Assembly (NCBI GenBank): GCA_030141605.1
Contig: JAQGDQ010001830.1
Span: 1 to 23,827 of the forward strand
Direction: 5' to 3'
Length of the DNA stretch: 23,827 nucleotides
From: Tubiluchus corallicola
Taxonomy: Eukaryota > Animalia > Priapulida
Shown here: positions 12,314-23,205 of the stretch, in pieces
Numbering within the stretch: the stretch's first letter is position 1
Layout of the letters: each line of letters begins with the position of its first letter
Program-made: the position numbers and the translations under genes
The notes under the pieces: generated by a model
Seen by the model: the letters and a program-made list of their open reading frames with translations, nothing else
Databases searched by the model: none
Told to the model about the DNA's origin: nothing

Positions 12314-13210
12314 GGAGAGTAACTCGCAGCAAGCTTTGTTGCCTAATTTAAACGCACTTGCTAATTACTTGGCGAGTTACTCATAACATTTTATGCATTG
12401 AATAGAGAGGTGAGTGTCAGCTCACGCTTACCCACGGAGAGTAACTCGCAGCAAGCTTTGTTGTGGAATCGGAACGCACTTGCTAATTACCTGGCGAGTT
12501 ACTCATAACATTTTTTGCATTGAATAGAGAGGTGAGTGTCAGCTCACGCTTACCCACGGAGAGTAACTCGCAGCAAGCTTTGTTGTGGAATCGGAACGCA
12601 CTTGCTAATTACTTGGTGAGTTACTCATAACATTTTTTGCATTGTATAGAGAAGTGAGTGTCAGCTCACACTGTTGGAGAGTAACTCTCAACAAGCTTTG
12701 TTGTCGAATCTGAACGCGCTTGCTAATTACTTGGTGAGTTACTCATGACATTTCCGCATTGTATAGAGAAGTGAGTGTCAGCTCACACTGTTGGAGAGTA
12801 ACTCTCAACAAGCTTTGTTGTCGAATCTGAACGCGCTTGCTAATTACTTGGTGAGTTACTCATGACATTTCCGCATTGTATAGAGAAGTGAGTGTCAGCT
12901 CACACTGTTGGAGAGTAACTCTCAACAAGCTTTGTTGTCGAATCTGAACGCGCTTGCTAATTACTTGGTGAGTTACTCATGACATTTCCGCATTGTATAG
13001 AGAAGTGAGTGTCAGCTCACACTGTTGGAGAGTAACTCTCAACAAGCTTTGTTGTCGAATCTGAACGCGCTTGCTAATTACTTGGCGAGTTACTCATGAC
13101 ATTTCCGCATTGTATAGAGAAGTGAGTGTCAGCTCACACTGTTGGAGAGTAATTCGCAGCAAGTTTTGCTCTCTAGCCTGATCACGATTGCGAGTTACTT
13201 GGCGAGTTAA
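12314..13210. repeat. Tandem array of 117-122 bp units (about 7.5 copies), possibly inside a decayed TIR element spanning about 12115-13242
   Basis: GGAGAGTAA starts at 12314, 12436, 12558, 12676, 12793, 12910, 13027 and 13144. The flanks share an inverted AGACTACC(A/G)AGTTT (12123 versus about 13221-13234). Confidence 0.92.
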
Positions 13211-13391
13211 CTTGGCGAATAAACTCGGTAGTCTGAACACACAATAATAAGAGGCTATCATCTCTTTCTAAACTATTTTTAAGAGTCAACAACTTGTAAA
13301 ACGATTATTAGTGCCCTGTTTTAATGGCTTAAATTATTTGCTGTTATAAACTACTGCCATCTGGTGGGGAGGATAACAAACACTTGAGCTT

Positions 13392-13490
13392 CTAGTCTTC
13401 CAGTTCGGAACCTGTGAGTCCATCTTCTTCCACAATTTCTAATTTCGATGTTTGTTCCACCAGCCAATAAGTTTCCACGTTGCCTTTACC
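13392..13490 (-). CDS. Receptor-type (NPR-like) guanylyl cyclase, terminal coding exon
   Basis: Acceptor attattttAG, then GKGNVETYWLVEQTSKLEIVEEDGLTGSELED*. Contains the GKG...TYWL cyclase end motif; TAG at 13394-13392. Confidence 0.92.
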   Translation of the reverse strand, partial: GKGNVETYWLVEQTSKLEIVEEDGLTGSELED

Positions 13491-13663
13491 CTAAAATAAT
13501 CAAGTAAATTTATCGTTGTTAGATATTTTTCAGCAAAAAAAGTATTATTATTCAACCCGTGTGTTAATCGATTACTAGTAACGTGGCACTATAGACAAAG
13601 GCATTAAATAACAGTATTATGAACAAAATTTGAACCACTAAAGTGCACTTTTTAGCCACAAGC

Positions 13664-14140
13664 CTTGTTGTTTCCCTCACTGGAGCAGTGACACTGGAAT
13701 GGCCTCTCCAGGGCGCACGCCTGGGCAAGGTGTATGGAGATCCTCCTGAGTTGCCCAGACAACAGGAACCCCCTCTCTTCCTCCCTGGTGTAGTCCAAAT
13801 GAAAGCGGAGCGATACGTTTGGCACCAGGTTGGCTGTATGAGCTGCCGGAGTCAGTGAACATGCTGCACTGGTCCACCTTCGGAGCTCCACTCCTGATTT
13901 GGAAGGTTTACTCCTCTACACATGACCGTTGTGTCACTTGACCTCCTCCGCCCTCTAGCCATGGGCTGCTTGTGCAGCTCTTCCGCCTAGTGTCGAGATA
14001 CAGTGTGGGCATCCTGCAAGCCTACAAGCACCAGGTGTTCCTAGGCGGTCACCCATCCAAGTACTAACCAGGCTCTACGTTGCTTAGCTTCGTTGATCAG
14101 ACGCGAACCGGTGTTTTCAACGTGATATGGCCGTGATATT
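13664..14140 (-). mobile_element. 5S rRNA-derived SINE (SINE3-like): 5S head, ~350-bp GC-rich body, short AAC tail
   Basis: The 5S head has no T4 terminator and runs into a body without any T4 run. Tail GGAAACAACAA. Candidate TSD GCCACAAGC (13655-13663) / GCTACAAGC (14141-14149). Confidence 0.75.
14018..14138 (-). pseudogene. Full-length 5S rRNA-like sequence (SINE head or 5S pseudogene)
   Basis: Minus strand: ...ACGGCCATATCACGTTGAAAACACCGGTTCGCGTCTGATCAACGAAGCTAAGCAACGTAGAGCCTGGTTAGTACTTGGATGGGTGACCGCCTAGGAACACCTGGTGCTTGTAGGCTT. Invertebrate-type 5S with A and C boxes, but the first 4 nt are altered, there are several substitutions, and there is no terminator. Confidence 0.88.
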
Positions 14141-14162
14141 GCTACAAGCACTACCTAATCAT

Positions 14163-14545
14163 TAGGGGTGACCATTCTCCAGCAGAAACCGAATTCAAAT
14201 CGAATCGAAGTTGTGACTTTCGAATTCGAATCGAACCGAACTGCGGTACTTCGAATTCGAATCGAACCGAACTGCGGTATTTCGAATTCGAATAGAGATT
14301 GAAAGATTTTCGAACCACCAGTAAAAATCAGTCTTCCAAAAATCATGCATATTACTCGATTTTGTTCTGCAGTAAAAATTGTGCACAGAAATCACTGATA
14401 AATTATACTAATTGCGTGACTTTTAACGATAAGAACGTATGCGATTTAAATGCTGAATTATTCGAATATACAGTTTTAGGTTTTAATCAAATTCGAACTA
14501 AAAAACTCGTTCGAATCGAACTCGAATTTTCGATGCTCACCCCTA
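14163..14545. mobile_element. Non-autonomous hAT transposon (MITE)
   Basis: TIRs TAGGGGTGACCAT / ATGCTCACCCCTA (12/13). Perfect 8-bp TSD CTAATCAT (14155-14162, 14546-14553). TTCGAA/CGAAT subterminal repeats and an internal ~30-bp tandem duplication. Confidence 0.92.
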
Positions 14546-14555
14546 CTAATCATAC

Positions 14556-14647
14556 CTTTATCATGACTTTTCCCCTGGGCAGTGTAGCAAAACACTTGAA
14601 TTTTTCCAACAGCTCTTTCAACTGCTGACTGATGTGAATCTTCATGG
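14556..14647 (-). CDS. Receptor guanylyl cyclase exon (92 bp)
   Basis: ttttgctAG|(P)MKIHISQQLKELLEKFKCFATLPRGKVMIK|GTatga, phase 1 to 0. Confidence 0.93.
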
Positions 14648-14695
14648 CTAGCAAAAGGAGAAATCTTTTATTAGAGTAATCTTTTATTATTAATC

Positions 14696-16445
<1,750 letters not shown>

Positions 16446-16559
16446 TTAATCATCTTTATTTAAGCTTTTAGATAAATAATTAACATAAAAGCAAAGAGAT
16501 TTTCCCTGACTTTAATTAACAATTCTACAACAACATAACAAACATTATTACTACCCCGT

Positions 16560-16683
16560 TTCTACCCTAACTACCCCCACGCCAGGCAAAGCAACAGCAG
16601 GTTCCATTTTTAAAGTCTTTGGTACGATCCGGTCACAGTACCAAACTCACGAAAGAAAGCTGACGCGTTAACACTAGACTATT
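16560..16683 (-). mobile_element. Degenerate tRNA-derived SINE with a Meta/MESC-like core
   Basis: Minus strand: A-box-like TAGTCTAGTGTT, a decayed B box, then CCGGATCGTACCAAAGACTTTAAAAATGGAACCTGCTGTTGCTTTGCCTGGCG. This resembles the Meta/MESC SINE domain as I recall it; not verified by search. Confidence 0.65.
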
Positions 16684-16786
16684 AATAATAGGTATTATTA
16701 ATAATATTATTTTAGATTAATTTGCCGTCTTGTAAGATTCCCTGGTGTTCAGTGCCGTTGTAACACTTTGATGTCCTTGACAGTTA

Positions 16787-16939
<153 letters not shown>

Positions 16940-17184
16940 TCAAGAGTTGCTCAAAATGTATGGCCGTGCTTCCTCTTGATGACACATATATTATCTTACA
17001 AATACAAATAGTCACGTGCTGCAGTATGGAAGCTGTTTTTGCACTCTAGTCTGACTATTTATGGATTTGTGCCATAAATGTGTTCAGCGTTGAATACATG
17101 GGAGCCAAATTGACCATATAAAATTGACCAATCGAGGTAATCTCCATCCGCGAAGAAGTCAAAAGAATACGTCGAAATAAATTG

Positions 17185-17794
17185 CATTATCGCTTGTGCG
17201 AATTTCAAAACCTAAAATTGCACATCTATTTCTGTCACCACCTATTTACATTAGTCACTATAAGAACATGTGTTCATATACAAATATGTTAGAAATTTTT
17301 CGCTTAATATATTTCCTAATTTTTTCAATTGTAATAGCAGTATGTATTCATACCAAACTCGACAATACCACAAATTTCATATTCCTAAGTGCAGAATAAA
17401 CGTTATGAAACATTCTGTCATGCATAATTGTGCTGTAATGTGGTTTAATTTACCCAGTAAAATAAAACAAGCCAGTAATATACATAAATTTAAGAAACTT
17501 TTAAAAAATATTTACTAGAGAATATGTGATTTGATAAATGATGTAAGATGTAAATTTTTTACCATAATTATACAATTTTATCGTACTAATTAAGTTTTAA
17601 TCTTTTTACTGGCACTTTTAATTTATTTGCACCTCTTGTGTGTTTACATTGTACTAACCATATACTATGTATTTTGTAATTTTGCAGTAATTTTACTTTC
17701 TGTACATTGTCGAGATGTCTTACGATGTTTTTAATGGACATATAAGTCTGTTGACTTCAGTTCATAGATGTATTATAAATAAATAAATAAAAAA
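17185..17794 (+). mobile_element. 5'-truncated non-LTR retrotransposon (CR1/L2-group) 3' end: ORF2 C-terminus, 3' UTR, (AAAT)n tail
   Basis: ORF 17270-17518 has the typical ORF2 tail pattern Y.TR....IP..R......S......W..LP..IK...N...FKK.LK, followed by an AT-rich UTR ending AAATAAATAAATAAAAAA. Confidence 0.8.
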
Positions 17795-17936
17795 CTTTTG
17801 TCAACTAGGTTTGCTGCTTCCTTGAATTTTATGCAGGGACAGATGTGATAGGGTCAAATATTTTTCATACATCTATCAAAATAAGATTACTCAAGGTAAG
17901 GAATTTAAGCTAGATAGTAAGCCATCCAGCCATCAT

Positions 17937-18268
17937 CTACTTAAGCAGCAAAGGTAGATAAAATGTAGGTCTGTGAATCACTTGTATATAGTGAAAACAG
18001 TGTAAGGGCAATTACTGAACCTTGATGAACACCAACAGCAGTTAACACCCGAATAATGAATTGGTTTACCAAAAAATTGCCATTAACAAGATGTGATGCT
18101 ACTACTTAAGCAGCAAACATAGAGAAAATGTAGTCCTGTCAATCACTTATATGTAGACAAAATAGTGCAAGGGCAATTACTGGCCCTTGACGAACACCAA
18201 CACTAGTTAATACACAGAGAATGAATTCCTTTACCAAAAAATTTGCCATTGGCAAGATGTGATGCTAA
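17937..18268. repeat. Diverged tandem duplication, 2 x ~165 bp
   Basis: CTACTTAAGCAGCAAA...AAGGGCAATTACTG...CAAGATGTGATGCTA starts at 17937 and 18102. Confidence 0.9.
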
Positions 18269-18849
18269 TGCAGACAGCGTACAGACAGTGCCATCTCTTT
18301 TGCACGTTTGCAGTTTGCGGAGCAGGCCTTTATAATGTACGTTAGTGGAAGTCTTGGATGTGTCAAAAACCTTGTCTAGCCCAGGCACTAAAAGGCCTAT
18401 TAATATCTTCGATGAAACATAACAGTAGTGGAGTAAGAAGGGCAAAAATTATACACTTATAGCAAAAAGATATTATCATCCCAGGACCTTGGAAAACTTC
18501 CATTCGGTGTGACACTAAAGCCATTGCTGATAAATGTTGTCATCTGGGTTAAGACCTCTAGAGGTCCTCAGCAGTGAAAACATTATGGTACCCCATGTAT
18601 TTGCAATTCAGAATAAAAACAAATACAAAATTGAAGAATAAAATTTTATCTTTCGAAATAAAAAGAAAAACTTTTCAGTAAGAAACTTATTTGCATTGGT
18701 CACCTAATCGTCATCACCACCATGTGATGAAACGCATACAGTCAAAAGCAACATTAGCCTATTTTCAGTAGCACCAGATTTCTATAAGCATTACCAGACT
18801 TAAAATACATTATGACACATTATGATACACATTATATTCTGTGTCAATT

Positions 18850-19183
18850 TGTTGTGTTTTGTTTCTCTCGGAAGGCTCGTAGAGAAAGCCAGAAAACTCT
18901 TCATCAAATTAAACAAGTTTATTAAGCGAGAATTCTACAACACAAAAGTATGAAGGAACGCGAAATGATTACACTAAACGTGAAAATCTGGAAAACGTTT
19001 AAGTGTATTTGAAAATACAAGTATACAAGAGAATGTGTAAGTGACGTCTGTGCGAAATCTGCCTGTGTCTCAGCGGCCTGCTTCGCCTTATATAGGGTGT
19101 CCGAGAAGCTTCTAGACGAGTCTTTCTAGAACATTCTACAATGTTCTATGTAATTCTAGTAGATGCCAGCGATCTCCACAACA
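18850..19183 (-). mobile_element. Solo LTR (334 bp), probably Gypsy-like
   Basis: Inverted termini TGTTGTG...CACAACA. On the minus strand the order is HSE cluster, TATATAA (19094-19088), AATAAA (18923-18918), as expected for U3-R-U5. No clean TSD (AATT versus ATAT). Confidence 0.7.
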
Positions 19184-19752
19184 ATATTACAATTTTTTAA
19201 TGTCATCATAGCCAGAATCTCAATGTCTATCCGTACCGTCATATTGTAAACACCCAGAGAAATTGCAACACGGATATTTTACTCTGGGGTTCGATTATTC
19301 CATTTGAAAAGGCCCCTCTTTCCTTGAAGCCCCCCTAAGCACGTATTTATTTTGCTTAATGGTTAATCACGGGATAGTTACCAGTTTGTGGGGGGAGGGG
19401 GGTGGGTAATTTTAAGCGCTGTGATTTCGCCAGATCCCCTACAACAGAGACTAAAGACACTAAATACATTAATAATTGCAAGTTCTCATTAATTAATGAA
19501 AGATTAATATAATTCACACAACTGTTAATGGCATATGCGTCTAGTGCAAACTAAAAACTACTGTACCGAAAATTTAAAACAAAATATACATTATAATCTA
19601 ACACGGAAATTATAATAGACTATATACAATATATACATATAATTTAAAATGGACTTGGGTAAATAAAATTTGTGGATGAATATATGTTATCGTTTACGTA
19701 TGTAGTGTTTTCAAAACGATTTAATGTATAGGTAGTAATGAGTAGTAATTAC

Positions 19753-19996
19753 CTGTATGAAGTCCGATCCTTAATCTCAATTTCTGACCGGGTCGATGCC
19801 GAATCTTGAATCCCTCGATGGCATGCAGGACACTCAATGACATGAGGGCAATTTCCTTGGCGTGTTGATCTCCATTCGGTATTGGTAGTCCAGATGCAAC
19901 CATGTAAGCATCGCCAATAGTTTCAACTTTATACACGTCGTAATTTTCAATGGTTGTATCAAAACACGTGTACAGATCGTTTAGTAAATCAACAAT
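19753..19996 (-). CDS. Receptor guanylyl cyclase exon (244 bp), catalytic core
   Basis: tactttacAG|[81 protein letters not shown](G)|GTaatt. Confidence 0.96.
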
Positions 19997-20621
19997 CTGT
20001 AAAGTATTGGTGTTTGAAGAGATTTAGTCAACATTAAAGGAAGACAGGATGATTTTTCATCAACTACCCCTGTTTTGGATATAAGCACGTGGTGCCCCCT
20101 TGTGTTTGTTCTTTGCAAAATTAAGCTGTTGATCAACAGGTGAGTTAGGACAGGAAATAGGCCATTGGCCTCATTTTGCAGACAGGATAGGAAAGAAGTC
20201 ATTCTTGTTCAGTACGTCGTGTCGTTTTATAACAAAATTTTGTCAGTCGAGTTCTCTTTAGCAAGTTAGTAAGATGCAGCAAAGATGTAAGTTTGATTTC
20301 TTCATATTTCATAATATTATTATACATTTTCATTATAGCAGTTAATTATCTTTTTGACATTGGATTAGCAGAAAATGTTTTTATTTGCTTCAGATAAAAC
20401 GAAGTCGAGGCGCACATAATATGTCAGTCAGTCAGTCAGTCAAATATGTCATGATGTGATAGTGATTTTGGGATGAGACGATGATTGCCCATTTTGGACA
20501 ATAAAAAATCATAAATTACATCTAAAAGACTGTTGGACTTGTATTTAGTGCATGTCGCGCACAACCCCATTTTCAAGTCCGATAAAAAGTTCACGGTTAA
20601 TACAATTAATACTGTATATCC

Positions 20622-21138
20622 TTTCTGATAATTAAATAATAGATTAAAAACTTAATTAACGGCGGGCGAGCTCAAATATTGACGACATCACAAACTAACA
20701 TAATTTTAAACAGCGAAAATATACCACGAGCGCGTTACACGTGTTTGCTAAAGCGAAAATTGAAGTACAGTGCTACTGTAAGATAATCAGTGTGTTGTAC
20801 TCAAACTAGGCAAGTTTAAGATAAAAATTCAAATTGCAAATTTACCGCTGTACTCACGCATGGGCTGTGAAGCGTGTGTAATTCGTGATAAACTAACACA
20901 TCTGAACGGAGAGGTACAGCATCTATTTTATGCGCAATGCATTTCTGAAATGCAGGATCTAGTGCCTGTCTAACTATCAAATGGCGAAATACAGGTAACA
21001 GCGAAGAACTAGTGACGTGAACGTGAAATTGTGTTTGTGTGATAACAATTCTTTCACGTGTCATTTTTGAAGAAAATAGTATGTTTCCTTTCAATATTTT
21101 AAAGAGTAGATTGTTTTGAACTACAGTTTAAGACTGGG
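20622..21138 (+). mobile_element. Copy C (longest aligned copy) of the unclassified dispersed repeat
   Basis: Same start TTTCTGATAATTAAATAATAGATTAAAAACTT; colinear with copies A and B. Confidence 0.85.
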
Positions 21139-21338
21139 TCCGGTTTTAGGGACAAGAAATGAGAATTTTTACACAAAAGCGATAAATCTAAAAAAAATGT
21201 CAAGAAAATTGTCTCACCGACGACGACGACGACGATGGTAGTGATGATTATTATGATGACGATGACGATGATGATCATGATGATGAAAATGATACTGAGA
21301 ATAATAATGATGATGATAAAGATGTTGACGGGTTTTAC

Positions 21339-21462
21339 CTCTAGAGGGCTGCTGTCTGCAGACAAGGCTGTAAATTCCACGATGTCACTGAAATAGATTG
21401 TGACTCCAGCGAAAGCTTCTGGTTCAACTGATTTTCCAGAAATTAGCTGTCTTGCTACTGGT
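21339..21462 (-). CDS. Receptor guanylyl cyclase exon (124 bp), start of the cyclase domain
   Basis: tttcttAG|(K)[41 protein letters not shown]|GTaaaa, phase 2 to 0. Confidence 0.95.
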
Positions 21463-21690
21463 CTAAGAAATATCAATTAAAACAGGTAAGAAACGCATCT
21501 TTGTTTGTGAATAATGAGAGCAGCAGTTTGTAATAAAATCATTGTCTTGGAAGTGTGTAGTTATGCCACAACAGGCCTAGCTACCAGATTAGTAGGTGTC
21601 AGTTAGAAAACCCGCATACGAGCGGGGATTCATTTACTGCATGTATGTGTTAGTTAGTTTCACTTACATGTATTAGGTTACATATATGTA

Positions 21691-22560
21691 TGTATTAGTT
21701 GTACAGTTAGGGCACATGCACATATTAGTCGTACAGTTTGGGCGCATACATGTATTAGTTGTACAGTTTGGGCACGTACACGGATTAGTTGTACAGTATG
21801 GGCACATACATGTATTAGTTGTACAGTTTGGGCACATACACGTATTAGTTGTACAGTATGGGCACATACATGTATTAGTTGTACAGTTTGGGCACGTACA
21901 CGGATTAGTTGTACAGTATGGGCACATGCATGTATTAGTTGTACAGTTTGGGCACATACACGTATTAGTTGTACAGTATGGGCACATACATGTATTAGTT
22001 GTACAGTTTGGGCACGTACACGGATTAGTTGTACAGTTTGGGCGCATACATGTATTAGTTGTACAGTTTGGGCACATACACGTATTAGTTGTACAGTATG
22101 GGCACATACATGTATTAGTTGTACAGTTTGGGCACATACTTGTATTAGTTGTACAGTTAGGGCACATACTGGTATTAGTTGTACAGCTAGGGCACATACA
22201 TTTATTAGTTGCACAGCTGCCACGCAAACATGTATTACTTGTACAGTTAGGGCACATGCAAGTATTAGTTGTACAGTTAGGGCACATACTTGTATTAGTT
22301 GTACAGTTAGGGCACATGCAAGTATTAGTTGTACAGTTAGGGCACATGCAAGTATTAGTTGTACAGTTAGGGCACATACATTTATTAGTTGCACAGCTGG
22401 CACGCAAACATGTATTAGTTGTACAGTTAGGGCACATACTTGTATTAGTTGTACAGTTAGGGCACATACTTGTATTAGTTGTACAGTTAGGCCACATCCA
22501 TATATTAGTTGTACAGTTAGGCCACATCCATATATTAGTTGTACAGTTAAGGCACATACT
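21691..22560. repeat. 30-bp minisatellite, 29 copies
   Basis: Unit TGTATTAGTTGTACAGTT(A/T)GGGCACATACA, exactly in register over 870 bp. Confidence 0.97.
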
Positions 22561-22709
22561 TGGGTAAGATTTCGAAGAGAAGTTGTTCTGATCGCCTTTT
22601 TTCTTCGAGGAATGCTTCGGTTCGGTCCTGAACTAAAACTTCTAAATTTTCAGCGTATTGTTCCATTCGCCTCAGCAAGTTGTCCAGTATGTTAGAGCTG
22701 CCTGAGTGT
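22560..22709 (-). CDS. Receptor guanylyl cyclase exon (150 bp), signalling helix / dimerisation hinge; the gene continues beyond the window's right edge
   Basis: ttttctcattacaacAG|[49 protein letters not shown](K)|GTatgt. Closely resembles the natriuretic-peptide-receptor hinge. The six exons join into 268 uninterrupted codons plus a stop. Confidence 0.94.
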
Positions 22710-22789
22710 CTGTTGTAATGAGAAAATAGTTATAATAATCAAAATAAATTATATGAATTTATTTCCGTTTTCTGTAGACTTTACTCCTG

Positions 22790-22864
<75 letters not shown>

Positions 22865-23165
22865 TTTCTGTCTCCATCTCTCTCTTTTCCTCTCTCCCTC
22901 TGCCTTCTCTCTCTTTCTCTACCTCTCCCGTTCATTCATTCATTCTTTCTTTCTCTCTCTCTATCCCTCTATCTTTCTCTCTTTCCTCTCTCTCTGTCTG
23001 TCCGTATCTCTCTCTCTTTCTCTGTCTATCTCTCTCTCTGTCCCTATCTCTCTCAATCTCTTCCGCTCCTTCTGTCTCCCTCTCTCTCGCTTTCACTATC
23101 TACTACCTCACTCTTTCTCTCTTTCTCTCTCTCTCTCTCTCTGTCCCTATCTCTTTCTCTCTCTC

Positions 23166-23205
<40 letters not shown>

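Noticed and set aside
12314-13210. CRISPR-like or tRNA array
   Set aside because: The intervening sequences are near-identical rather than unique spacers, the context is eukaryotic, and there is no cloverleaf or B box.
14018-14138. Functional 5S rRNA gene
   Set aside because: Solitary and intronic, with an altered 5' end that disrupts the terminal helix, substitutions, and no oligo-T terminator.
14185-14530. TTCGAATTCGAA clusters as heat-shock elements
   Set aside because: They lack the 2-nt spacing of nGAAnnTTCn and are better explained as MITE subterminal repeats.
21673-22567. Cys-rich repeat protein (CPNCTTNTCM)n resembling a metallothionein or antifreeze protein
   Set aside because: A 30-bp intronic minisatellite is open in several frames by construction. 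This frame is out of phase with the cyclase exon and its ATG lies within the splice donor.
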